Origin: Haliotis cracherodii
Taxonomy: Eukaryota
DNA length: 64,000 nucleotides
Reading direction: 5' to 3'
Assembly: GCF_022045235.1 (NCBI RefSeq)
Contig: NW_027266270.1
Coordinates: 12,958,001 to 13,022,000, forward strand
Shown here: piece by piece, positions 38,727 through 51,236 of the stretch
How positions within the stretch are numbered: position 1 is the stretch's first letter
Layout of the letters: every line of letters starts with the position of its first letter
Notes under the pieces: generated by a model
The model's database searches: none
Told to the model about the DNA's origin: nothing
The model's input: the letters and a program-made list of their open reading frames with translations, nothing else
Program-made: the position numbers and the translations under genes

Positions 38727-41637
38727 GGGGTCTGACTTTGGCGGAGGGCAGAAATGGATGCATGACTGATGAAGGACGGGAGGTACAGTCTGACTGTGAT
38801 GGACAGAAAGGAGAGTCTGACTGTGATGAAGGGCAGGAAGGAATATCTGACTGTGATGAAGGACGGGAAGGAGAGCCTGACCGTGATGAATGACAGGAAG
38901 GAGAGCCTGACCGTGATGAATGACAGGAAAGAGAGCCTGGCCGTGATGAAGAAGAAGAGGAAGTAATGTCTGACTGTGATGAAGGAAAGGAATAAATGTC
39001 TAACTGTGATGAAGGACAGGAAGGAGCGTCTGACTTTGACGAAGGACAGAAATGGATGCCTGACTGATGAAGGACGGGGGGTACAGTCTGACCGTGATGG
39101 ACAGAAAGGAGCGTCTGACTGTGATAAAGGACAGGAAGGAGAGCCTGACCGTGATGAAGGACGGGAAGGAATATCTGACTGTGATGAAGGACAGGAAGGA
39201 GAGTCTGACTGTGATGAAGGACGGGAAGGAATATCTGACTGTGATGAAGGACAGGAAGGAGAGCCTGACTGTGATGGACAGAAAGGAGCGTCTGACTGTG
39301 ATAAAGGACAGGAAGGAGAGCCTGACCGTTATGAAGAAGAAGAGGAAGTAATGTCTGACTGATAAAGGACAGGAATGAATGTCTGACTGTGATGAAGGAC
39401 AGAAAGTCGAGTCTGACTGTGATGAAGGAAGGAGTGCCTGACCGTGATGAATGACAGGAAGGAGAGCCTGATTGTGATGAAGAAGAAGAGGAAGTAATGT
39501 CTGACTGTGATGAAGGACAGGAATGAATGTCTAACTGTGATATGAAGGACAGGAAGGAGCGTCTGACTGTGATGAAGGACAGGATGGATGCCTGACTGAT
39601 GAAGGACGGGAGGTACAGTCTGACAGTTTTGGACAGAAAGGAGAGCCTGACTGTGATGGACAGAAAGGAGCGTCTAACTGTGATGAAGGACAGGAAGGAG
39701 AGCCTGACCGTGATGAAGAAGAAAAGGAAGTAATGTCTGAATGTGATAAAGGACAGGAATGAATGTCTGACTGTGATGAAGGACAGGAAGGAGAGTCTGA
39801 CTGTGATGAAGGAGGGGAAGGAATATCTGACTCTGATGAAGGACAGGGATGAATGTCTTCCTGTGATGAAGGACAGGAAGGAGAGCCTGACCGTGATGAA
39901 GGACAGGAAGGAGCGTCTGGCCGTGATGAAGGACAGGAAGAAGATACTGATCATGATGAATGACAGGAAGGAGTGTCTGATCGTAATGAAAGACAGGAAT
40001 GATCGTCTGACTGACATTAAGGACAGGAAGGAATGTCTTACTGTGATGAAGAACATGAAGGAGTGTCTGACTGTGATGAAGGACAGGATGGATGCCTGAC
40101 TGATGAAGGACGGGAGGTACAGTCTGACAGTGATGGACAGAAAGGAGAGCCTGACTGTGATGAAGGACAGGAAGGAGAGCCTGAGCGTGATGAAGAAGAA
40201 GAGGAAGTAATGTCTGACTGTGATGAAGGACAGGAAGGAGAGTCTGACTGTGATGAAGGACAGGAAGGAGAGCCTGAGCGTGATGAAGAAGAAGAGGAAG
40301 TAATGTCTGACTGTGATGAAGGACAGGAAGGAGAGTCTGACTGTGATGAAGGACGGGAAGGAATATCTGACTGTGATGAAGGACAGGAAGGAGAGTCTGA
40401 CTGTGATGAAGGACAGGAAGGAGTGCCTGACCGTGATGAATGACAGGAAGGAGAGCCCGACTGTGATGAAGAAGAGGAAGTAATGTCTGCCTGTGATGAA
40501 GGACAGGAAGGAGAATCTGACTGTGATGAAGGACAGGAATGAATGTTTGCCTGTGATGAAGGACAGGAAGGAATGTCTGACTGTGATGAAGGACAGGAAG
40601 GAGTGTCTGACTGTGTTGAAGGACAGGATGGATGCCTGACTGATGAAGGACGGGAGGTACAGTCTGACTGTGATGGACAGAAAGGAGCGTCTGACTGTGA
40701 TAAAGGACAGGAAGGAGAGTCTGACTGTGATGAAGGACGGGAAGGAATATCTGACTGTGATGAAGGACAGGAAGGAGAGTCTGACTGTGATGAAGGACAG
40801 GAAGGAGTGCCTGACCGTGATGAATGACAGGAAGGAAAGCCCGACCGTGATGAAGAAGAGGAAGTAATGTCTGTCTGTGATGAAGGACAGGAATGAATGT
40901 CTGCCTGTGATGAAGGACAGGAATGAATGTCTGCCTGTGATGAAGGACAGGAAGGAATGTCTGACTGTGATGAAGGACAGGAATGAATGTCTGCCTGTGA
41001 TGAAGGACAGGAATGAATGTTTGCCTGTGATGAAGGACAGGAAGGAATGTCTGACTGTGATGAAGGACAGGAAGGAGTGTCTGACTGTGATGAAGGACAG
41101 GATTGATGCCTGACTGATGAAGGACGGGAGGTACAGTCTGTACTGTGATGGACAGAAAGGAGCGTCTGACTGTGATAAAGGACAGGAAGGAGAGCCTGAC
41201 CGTGACGAAGAAGAGGAAGTAATGTCTGACTGTGATGAAGGGCAGGAATGAATGTTTGCCTGTGATAAAGGACGGGAAGGAATGTCTGACCGTAATGAAG
41301 GACAGGAACGAGCGTCTGACTGTGATGAAGGACAGGAAGGAATGTCTCACTGTGATGAAGGACAGGAAGGAGTGTCTGACTGTGATGAAGGACAGGATGG
41401 ATGCCTGACTGATGAAGGACGGGAGGTACAGTCTGACTGTGATGGACAGAAAGGAGAGCCTGACTGGGATGGACAGAAAGGAGCGTCTAACTGGGATGAA
41501 GGACAGGAAGGAGAGCCTGACCGTGATGAAGAAGAGGTGGTAGTAATGTCTGACTGTGATGAAGGACAGGAATGAATGTCTGACTGTGATGAAGGACAGG
41601 AAGGAGAGCCTGACCGTGATGAAGAAAAAGAGGAAGT
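38727..41637. repeat. Purine-rich ~30-bp minisatellite with higher-order variants
   Basis: Unit TCTGACTGTGATGAAGGACAGGAAGGAGAG with recurring ~27-34-bp variants; preceded by (GT)n and poly-G. Confidence 0.97.
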
Positions 41638-42499
41638 GCAGGAGAGATGGTCTCCCCGACGACCCCGCGCTGAATATAGAGACCATTTCTAGATCTCGTT
41701 TCTTCACTCTCCAGGTTTCGCTGAATCGTTCACGAGTGTCTTGCTACTGAATAGTCTCGTTCGAAACTCAGGTTTCGTCAGTAAGTGGTTTTCGGGAGAT
41801 GGTTCGATCTAGATTCTGGCTTAGTCTTGTTGTACTGAACTAAACTTAGTTACTAAGGTTTGTAATACTCAGTTTTGCTGGTAATCCAGGGATAACCAAC
41901 CTTCCTGTGATATTGTCTAGCTATAAGTCTGAGTGACTTATTTTAGGGATAGACCGTCTGTGTTTATTTCCCGTTATTTTACCCAGCTGAGATTATTCAT
42001 TCATCATTGAGTTAATTGACTCAGGTGGTAATCGGCCGCAACCGACTTACTTGGCTGTCTATGCATCTGATCACTATCTTGTCAGAGTGTTGTTTTAACT
42101 ACTCCTTCTATTGCCGTAATATAATTGTTTAGCTTAATCTTTCTGATCATTCAGTTCCGACGTTCATACAGTTTGGCCCTCACTCTATGAAGGTTCATAC
42201 CCCAATGAACTCACTCAAAGTGAAAGTTATTTATTAAATGAATGACAAGTCTACTGACAAAACCTACGACATGCGCGAAAACTGTGACATAAAATCAAAG
42301 TACAGTAAAACTGATCTACAGCAACAACTCGAATAAATGAAAACCGTGAGAGAGACAAACGAGCATGTGATGGCATACAATTTTCTATTGTAAATCAAGT
42401 TCACTCACTTCTATTTGTCCTAACCGCCGTCGCTTCTGAAACCACCACTCACCCCCGCCCGGAGAATTGCCCGTGCCGTCGATAGCCAGGGTAACGCCA

Positions 42500-42770
42500 G
42501 TGAAGCATCCTTAAAAAGCTTGGGTTTACCTTTCGTGTAGCAATACTGTGCCATGAAGTCGGGATCCCATTCATAATTCTTGTTTGAGAAATGTAATTAG
42601 CATCATGTCTTTGCTTTTTACATCAGCACGTGGACAATACGCCGGGCATAGCTTTCTTCTTGGCAGATCGCGGGGAAATCCATGAAAATGAAGGCCAGAT
42701 GTATGCACTTCGTTATATATAGCTTTGCGTCACTTTCTAGTGCGTACCACAATCAACACAAAGCGGTCTG
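42500..42770 (-). pseudogene. THAP zinc-finger domain relic (transposase N-terminus)
   Basis: SGLHFHGFPRDLPRRKLC.AYCPRAD / C*LHFSNKNYEWD...GKPKLFKDA matches the THAP F-FP-D..RR-W...C--HF...L--DAVP pattern. Confidence 0.75.
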
Positions 42771-43339
42771 TCTGGTATCACGTCACAGCCACAGAAGGCC
42801 GACCGCTAAAAGAAAAATATGCACACGGGTTGGCGGGGCCAAAGTGTTCTTGGTTTGGGTGCACAATTATCATTATTACGAATCAATTTCAAAATTCGAT
42901 TATGCAGATTTGGTATAAATTCATGTTTGAATGACATTATGTAATAAAAATGTTCAACTCATTCGTAGCCTTTTAAATAATCCTTTAACTGGAGACTATT
43001 CCACTGTCGAGAGTCCATTACCATTTTAGGTCCAGGCTTCAAAACTGAGACAATGTAGCTGCCTACTCAGGTTATAATACACCACTAAATTGGCATACAT
43101 CACTTAGTATTGAGTAAGGAGTGAGTGGGTACCGTTGTACGCAGCATTTAGCAATACATGGGAAGCATTTTTAAATGGATATTTTCCGATTCATATGATT
43201 TGTTTGTTGTTTAACGCCACATTCAGCAATATTCCAATTATTTGACGGAAGTCTGCAAAAATCGCCTCTTAACCAGACACTCCCGTGATTGCCATCATGA
43301 GCATCGATCCACACAACAGGGATATGCTGGCATGCCTGA

Positions 43340-43782
43340 TCCTGTTAGTCGCCACATACACAAGACACATGTAAGACCACCTCTTTCAAAATATATCTAT
43401 ATCTACCTCTATTTTAACCGCAGAATATTTGTTAACTTTAAATCTAGGGCTAAACTCGCAACAATCGCCAGTAACTTGGGGAAGTGTAAATCCTGCTGGG
43501 GAACCATGCAGGTAGCAGAAGTACCGTAAGTCCCCTTGGTCCCCAGTTTGGTGATCTTGACCTTGTTGCTGGTGATCTATAGCCCCATTTTTATATTGTG
43601 TCGTACCTCAATAATCAGATATTTTTAATGTTTTACAACTAGTTTTAAGTCCATCTGTGATATATTGCTAGTTATTATACTGTCCCTCGTCGACAGGTTT
43701 TATACCTATTGTGTAACTTGTTCAAGTCACATTATGGCTGAAATATTGCCGACGTGACTTTAATTAAACTCACTCACTCACT
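43340..43782 (+). mobile_element. Probable LINE 3' UTR ending in a hairpin and (ACTC)n tail
   Basis: Ends GTCAC-ATTATGGCTGAAATATTGCCGAC-GTGAC-TTTAATTAA(ACTC)3, the same architecture as the SINE tails. 5' boundary uncertain. Confidence 0.5.
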
Positions 43783-44096
43783 ACAAAAGGCACAGTCGCT
43801 GTTCATGGCAAGCATGGCTTGCTGAAGACCTCTTCACGGATCTTCACGGATTGAGAACAGTCAAGAGTGCCAGCAGTTGCTGCAGTCGCATATCTCTGTA
43901 CCACGGAGTTAAGGATGAACTGACACTCTCAACGATTTAAAAGATCGTTTCTATATCGTGAGCAGCATGACACCTGATAACCGTATGAGATGATCAATGA
44001 GAAAAGAATGGGGTCACCGCTAAGAAAATACGATCCTAGTTACCTCCCTTTGTTTACACGTCCGTTTCTGTTGCAACAAGACTCGCTTCGAAGACC

Positions 44097-46305
44097 ATGT
44101 GCACGTTGTCTCCAAAATCCGTATTCATTACGGGTGCCAATAGGGGTTTGGGGCTGGAATTTGTGAAGCACTTTCTGCGTCTAGCGAATCCCCCTACCCA
44201 CCTGTTCGCAGCCTGTAGACAGCCGGACCAGGCCACGGAGTTGACGCAGCTAGCGAGCGAAAATGGAAGTATTCGCGTGGTAAAGCTGGATGTAAGACAG
44301 GATGAAGAAATTGCTGCGGCTGTGGCGGAGGTGCAGAAAGTTGTTGGGGATGATGGACTCAATCTGCTGCTGAACAACGCCGGTGTGAACCAACAGGAAC
44401 AAGGCATCGACCAAGTGACACGGGAGAAGATGAATTTTCACCTCGACTGCAATGTTACCGGTAGGTTAATTTATAGATGAAAGATGATTGCCTGTTTTTT
44501 TTACATTCAGCCGACGCTTGGCAGGAGTATTGCTGTGTAGCGCCTGGCAACAAATCCTCTAATTATTATGCAAATTCTGTGAGTGGTGGGGTTCGACGTG
44601 CTTTCCCTTTTCGCGAACACCTGGTGTCATCACTGATTTTCTGTTATCAATTCATGTATTTGTGAGAGCTATTTTGCCTGTGACGTACAATAGAATATGT
44701 TTCCTCGGATAATCGAGACTGCATTGTTATTCTCTGGCGTTGACTTTACATGTTACGTATGTGTCTAGATGATTCTCTTGGCATGTGATTTCTTGACTTT
44801 ATGGTCCATTATATTATTATTGAAGCATAGCCAATGAACTCATTACCTTGAGAGGGGCGGTCGGGTAGCCTTGTGGTTAAAGCGTTCGCTCGTCACGCAG
44901 AAGACCCGGGTTCGATTCCCGACATGGGTACAATGTGTGAAGCCCATTTCTGGTGTCCCCCGCCGTGATATTGCTGGAATATTGCTGAAAGCGGCGTAAA
45001 ACCATACTCACTCACTCATTACCTTGAGATTATACTGCTTCATATTGATTACATATAACAAGACATGCATTCATAAGCTAAATTGGACTCGGTCTCCTGC
45101 TGATAATACTTTGATTGTCTTTTTAAATTAGTTGCCTAAATAAAAACAAATTACAAAATATTCAAGTTTGAAATAACCCAAACCTGAAATGTAAGATAAT
45201 GTCTATTACATCATGCTTATAAATATTCCTTACTGACGTATATGTCGAGGCAAGTGGTGTTTAGATGACATGTATGAGGGTATAGAAATATTGTAACATT
45301 TCGACAATAGTATTGTCTTTTGAAGCCGTTATGTCACAAACACTGTGTTATATTGCCCGAGGTCTCTTCACCCGCAACAAGATGTAGGTAATATATGTGG
45401 TCTAGTTGTCTCAAGTGCTGACACTCTATCAGACCGGTGCGCTCTGCATGGGTTTTATTCTTCCCGATTATGCCCTTTGCTCTGTCAAAACGTGTGCCGT
45501 GCCAGTGGTTTGTTTGTTGTTTAACGTTACACTCAGCAATATTACAGCTATATGACGGCGGTCTGTAAAAAATGGAGTGTGGACCACACAGTTCAGTGAT
45601 TGATATCATGAGCATCGATCCACGCAACTGGGATGACATGCATCAATCAAGTCAACGAGCCTCACCACCCAACCGGTGGGGTTGGGTGGGGTGGGGTTGG
45701 GTGGGATTTGGTTTGGCAGCTAGTCAGCTGCAACTGCAATACCAGATTTAAACAAATTATAATTATGAGCCTAAATATTTCGATAACGATGCCCCCCTAC
45801 CCCCCCCCCCACACACACCATCCCTGATATCAAGAGTGATGTTTTTGTTCGGCAATCAATGAGAAAGGTGGCTATATATATCAAGACAAGTTCTTTTTCA
45901 GCCCCACTGTTGGTTTGTAAAGCGTTTCTTCCCACACTGAGACGTGCCGCAGACAAGACAGAGTTCAGCTGCAGCAGAGCGGCCATCATCAATCTCTCTT
46001 CTGTCTTGAGCCTTATCAACTACGTCAACAAGAAAAACGATTTCCGCTACCCTTACAACAGCTCAAAGTGTGCCCTCAACATGGTGACCGATATTCTCGC
46101 GAGAGAAGTTTCCCCGGACGGGGTGTTGGTGGCAGGCATCCACCCCGGGTGGGTCAGGACCGACATGGGAGGTCCTAACGGAATGATAGATAAGGAAGAA
46201 AGTATTTCCAAGTGTATGAATACATTTGCAGCGATGAATAAAGATTCGTCAGGGTTGCTGTATTCATACACAGGAGATATCTTTGAATGGAATTCCACGC
46301 CCTAG
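44097..46305 (+). CDS. C-factor/sniffer-like SDR, copy 3; exons 44097-44460 + 45902-46305, 255 aa
   Basis: Same motifs and phase-1 GT-AG intron. Confidence 0.95.
44854..45013 (+). mobile_element. Full-length SINE family B (tRNA-Asp-like head) with TSD
   Basis: A/B boxes, GTC anticodon-like loop (GCTCGTCACGC); 16-bp TSD ACTCATTACCTTGAGA at 44838-44853 and 45014-45029; absent from the copy 2 intron (~35460). Other copies at 52834-52992(-), 53547-53708(-) and 61159-61293(+). Confidence 0.93.
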
Positions 46306-47048
46306 TTAATTGCAACGTATATGTTATTTTCCTGAAAATATATCATGCAATAGGTTGTTAGGTTATGGAAGAAATTATTATATGTGCGAAAATATTGTTT
46401 ACCTTGTAGAATAAGCATTATATTTCAATGTTTATTAAAATATTCGGATTTGATAAAACGGATTTAGGGAAGATCCATGTGATTTGAAAATTCACACAAA
46501 TTGTTCCGTTTTTCACCACGGTCAACAAACTGTTCATTTTAGGCATATTACTGAACAAACTATCCATTTAAACAATCCCCCGCCCCACCACCAGCAATAG
46601 AAATCAAATGGATGTTCCCATACTGATCCTCTTTTAATCCTCAGGATAGTTGGAATTCCCTCGAGTAATGTGCTGTAATATACTTGTAGATGCAGGATGA
46701 GAATCAATATCAAACAATATAAAGTATATTAGACATATGGACCACGTACTGGTTAGTTGAGATTCCTTTTCAGGAACAGATTAATACATGTGGTTCCAAT
46801 CTGAAATATGCTGTTTTTGTATTTTGCAAGAATGTTGGCATCATTTCAAAGAAGAAAGACAGGCTATTGGGACGGAGACACCTACAGCGGCCAATTCATT
46901 GTTCATAGGTTTGTCAGGAACCTATGATCGTTGGTCCGAATCCCAGAGTCGCCTGATTATGTTTTTAGGTTTGTCAGCACTGTTCCCGTGCTCGTGTATT
47001 TCACCCATTGCTTATGTCAAGCTGGAACGTCGTAATATAACTGAAATA

Positions 47049-47281
47049 AAAACAACATAACATAGCTTTCGGCCATGGGAGCCATGTCAGAGGGGTACTC
47101 AAAGTACGTTATCTAGACTACCAGTTGTCGGACTTTCATTTTTGTGGAAGCCTCGGTGGCTGAGTGGGTGCCTCACACTGGCAAGTGTGGGTTCGAATCC
47201 CGGATGTACTTCACTAAGAAAGTGTTGTCCCAAATATAACATTTGTTACATTTGACCACTTTCTAAATGGCATTGTGTACT
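47049..47281. mobile_element. 233-bp insertion with an internal tRNA-like A/B box (+) and a hammerhead-like motif (-)
   Basis: 13-bp TSD TATAACTGAAATA (47036-47048, 47282-47294) inside an old family A SINE tail. Confidence 0.75.
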
Positions 47282-48060
47282 TATAACTGAAATACTGTTG
47301 AAAGTGGTGTTAAATAAATACTTACTCACTCACTTAACTGGAGACTATTCCACTGTCGAGAGTCCATTACCATTTTAGGTCCAGACTTCGAGACTGAGAC
47401 AATGGACATGCACTACAGTTATAACGAACTAAAATTAGTGGTCCCTTTGAGTTCTTTATAACCATAGTTTACCTACACTGTGAAGTAGTTTTGTGTGTGT
47501 GGAGGTATAAATGTAAAAACCGGTCATTCGTCACCACTCCCCTCTCTCCGTAACCTGCAAGAAGACTCGTCCTCCTATCCATGAATGTTATTTGCGAAAA
47601 TTCGAGAAACCAATCAGAATGCGCGTATGATTTCAAGTTCTTCGTCAAAGAATCCCTCAGGAATCATTTTTGATTTGACATATGTCTTGCATCTAAAAAT
47701 ATACCCAAGACAGATTTAAATATGTTCAAGTATACTGTATCATTCCGCACGTCTCGATGTGCTTTAAATTGCATCTGAAATATATATATTATAGAAATAT
47801 ATGTGAACCATCACGCAACGAGTTGACAATTGTTTTAGGTATGCCCCTTTCCGCCAAGACGGAACCCGGTCACAAAAATGGCCATGAGAGGGGCACGAGT
47901 CGCTATTCGACTTGCCCCGGAATAACACGAGTTGGTCACGAATGAAAAGCCGGTGTGTACACTGTGTAAATCCGCCAGATGGTGTGCAGAGAATCATCTT
48001 CCAACACGTAGTCAGCAGATTAATTCCAGATTGGTGAAGGCACTTGATACATATACGATG

Positions 48061-48327
48061 CATCCCGTGAAGATCCGGGTTAGAATAGGTCTTCAGCGAC
48101 CCATGCTTGCCCTAAAAGGCGACTATGCTCGTCGTAAGAGGCGACTAACGGGATCGGGTGGTCAGGCTCGCTGACTTGGTTGATGTATGTCATCGTATCC
48201 TAATATCGTAGATCGATGCTCATGATGTCAATCACTGGATTGTCTGATCCAGACTCGATTATTTACAGACCGCGGTCATATAGCTGGAATATTGCTGAGT
48301 GTGGTGTTACGCAACAAACAAACAAAA
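48061..48327 (+). mobile_element. Full-length family D retroposon
   Basis: Complete 5' module and tail. Confidence 0.9.
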
Positions 48328-49173
48328 CGTAATAGGCTTCTCCACTCCAGTGTTAGTACATCCTAATCTACCCAACTGTATAAACTTTGCCTCATACATG
48401 AATATATGCTTGTCTATCAAACTTTGTTCATCACTTGCTTCATAACGGTGATAGAACCTACACCGAAACGTCGCTCCTAATTGTAATAAAGACGTTTTTC
48501 ATCCATATATCTTATCCTTACTTATGATGTTATATTTTAAAAATTACCAATCCAGATTCATATGTACGATTAATGATAGGTTTAAGCCATGTTTTAAAAC
48601 AGTGATAAACATACCTGTGACAAATAACTCTGAAATAGACTTAATATAATATAATTCCCAAGTGGGACTGGTAAAGACCTTTGGGGAAACCGCCGTTCAT
48701 ACGGTACCGTTCAAACAACTTGTATGACAACCCCCGTGATAACACATTTAAAGAATATGCACAAAATATCACAACTGAAGGTTAATAATATATGCATATG
48801 GAATAAAGATGGGTATGAATCATATATGTTTACCTAAGTGGCATTTAGACAGGCTGAGTGATCACACGATTGCCATAGATTTCCATTTCTTTTATCATTT
48901 CAACATGTCTTTTTCTTCATATGGTATTGTTATATTATTTCTAAAAAAGACCAAGACTCCTAGTTAGAGTACGTACCAATCAACCTTTACTTGATGCAAG
49001 AGTCGTCTAAATGAATCCGAATTACAGGTTCGTTGACTTGATTGGTAGATTGTGTGTCATCGTACCCCGACGGCCTCGGACTTGCCTGGGCCAGACTCGA
49101 TTATTTACAGGCCGCCATCATGTTGCGGTGTCAGACAATTCTCATGGCAACAATACGTAGGTTCATATGATGT

Positions 49174-49424
49174 CGACCCGTGAAGATTCCGGGGTAGAAT
49201 AGGTCTTCAGCAACCCATGCTTGCCGTAAAAGGCGACTATGCTTGTCGTAAAAGGCGACTAACGGGATCGGGTGGTCAGGCTCGCTGACTTGGTTGATTG
49301 CGTGGATTGATGCTCATGATGTCAATCACTGAATTGTCTGGTCCAGACTCGATTATTTACAGACCGCCGTCATATAGCTGGAATATTGCTGAGTGCGGCG
49401 TGAAACGACAAACCAACCAACCAA
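49174..49424 (+). mobile_element. Family D retroposon with TSD
   Basis: Starts GACCCGTG; flanked by TCATATGrTGTC. Confidence 0.9.
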
Positions 49425-50161
49425 TCATATGGTGTCAAGTGTCAGGTTGTGTTGTTTGTGCCCATCGTGATCAATGGACGTAAATGCATTTTGTTCGCAG
49501 ATGAGATGCTTTATCCTCCTATCCGCTACGAAGCAGGGCAGGGGATGTAGGTGTCGGTTCAGACGTTAATGGGGAAAAGTTTTTTCAGAAACTAATACAG
49601 ATTTTTTTATTTTGCATATATCATTGAGTGATATATGATAAGTGAATTAAGTTCGAAATCCATCACAAAGTGACAGTGACTTTATAGAGATTTGTGTTAA
49701 GCCGAGTCGAAAGCGATATAGAGCTACATAACAGCCGTATTGTAATCACCAGATAGCTAGCTATCTGGTGGTGATACTCGGTCAAAGTAACATCAGCGAT
49801 CGAAGGGCATCCACATTTTTTTTCAAGAGAAACGGGGTTTCTAGACAGATAAATGACAAAACTACACAATCTCGCATACTGAAGTCTCGGTCACAACATC
49901 ATTATATTAATAACATATATTTATACATTCACACCTTTTTTAGAAACTAGATAATTTAGTATTTGGCGTAATTCTATACTGCAAGTGTACATGTATAATA
50001 TCCAGACGCTCACGCGCTATCAGTGTCACTGATACGGCCGCAGTATCAACAATGACTACATTAGGTATGTGCATGCTATGATAGCAAACCGATTTACTCA
50101 TGAATATGTTAGCGAGAGGTAAATACAAGGAAGACAGGATTGACGTTTGGATTTCGACTTG

Positions 50162-50292
50162 TATACTACTCAAAACAAGTTGAGGACCACCCGATTCTTT
50201 CATATTACTATAGTTAATCTGTTATGCCATGACAGATTAACTATAGTAACATGAAAGAATATGGTGGTCCTTAACTTGTTTTGAGTAGAATA
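50162..50292. repeat. ~130-bp near-perfect palindrome (fold-back MITE-like)
   Basis: 61-bp arms with 5 mismatches and a 1-nt centre. Confidence 0.9.
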
Positions 50293-51236
50293 TTTTTGCG
50301 ATGCGACCTTTCGTTACAGATGCATATGACCAGTTAAGGTGCTTATAAGGTACTGGTATCTGTACCCAACCGTCGTATCAAAATGTTATTTGTTTTTACA
50401 TTTATTTGTTAATAACATACTCGGCAATATTCAGCTCAATGACGCCGACCCGAAAATAATAGAATCTGGATCATACAAACCAGTGACTGATATTGTAAGC
50501 ATTGTTTCAGGCCGTCGGGGTTCGCTGATACGCACTCAACTAGGTCAGCGAGTCTTCCTACATGATCAATTAAGTCGCCCTCTACCCCTGAAGTTCCGGG
50601 GTAGAATAGGTCTTCAGCAACCCATGCTTCATGATGTCAATCACTGGATTGTCTGGTCCAGACTCGATTACTTACAGACTGCCGTCATATAACTGGAATA
50701 TTGCTGAGTGCGGCGTTAAACAAGAATTGAAACAAACAAACTTAACTGATACTACAGCTTCTAAATGTCACTTCAAAAATACATGCATAGATTTATATAC
50801 ACGCTTATTCCATATGACTTAATTTAACAATTGTGCCCATTCATTATATGTATCTTGAAATGCCGATACCTCAAACGAAATTATAGTATTAATAGCCAGT
50901 AGATATGGTAAGTATGTGCGATAGCTCGTGAACAACAATGCTACGAATATCCATGTGTATGATATGTACGTATCCATAGGCACACTTATCTTGACCCTCA
51001 TCCACGTGTGATTGACTCAACTGCCATATCGTATATCTCTATACATCAGACATAGGTATTAACAGTTAAATGTTGACGGTATTTTCCATACAAATCATCA
51101 GATTTGAGACCATTTAACGTAGCTCAAACTTCAGCAAGGATTATGTATATTACCTGATTGGCCTTAGAGGACATACAACATGGGAGGGACACAGTCAGGT
51201 GAGATGTAACGTCTTAACGTCGCGTATGTAGGTTAG

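Larger units (their letters stand above)
37582..42984 (-). mobile_element. Kolobok-like DNA transposon derivative (5.4 kb)
   Basis: TTAA TSD (37578-37581, 42985-42988); 20-bp TIR AGGATTCTTAAAAAGGTTAC vs AGGATTATTTAAAAGGCTAC (17/20); empty TTAA site in paralogous flanks (~30794, ~47334); THAP relic inside. Confidence 0.85.

Noticed and set aside
38569-41707. 495-aa and 677-aa minus-strand ORFs and acidic plus-strand ORFs
   Set aside because: Translations of a 30-bp minisatellite within a transposon; frames switch with unit indels and there is no splice support.
41745-41790. Hammerhead-like CUGACGA on the - strand
   Set aside because: Followed by GAAC rather than GAAA, and stem II would sequester the core; no stems I/III.
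44854-44930. tRNA gene
   Set aside because: The head continues into a SINE body and tail with a TSD and has degenerate stems; the same applies to the other A/B-box hits.
28453-46305. Bacterial csgA horizontal transfer
   Set aside because: The genes have spliceosomal introns, and C-factor/sniffer-like SDRs are widespread in animals.
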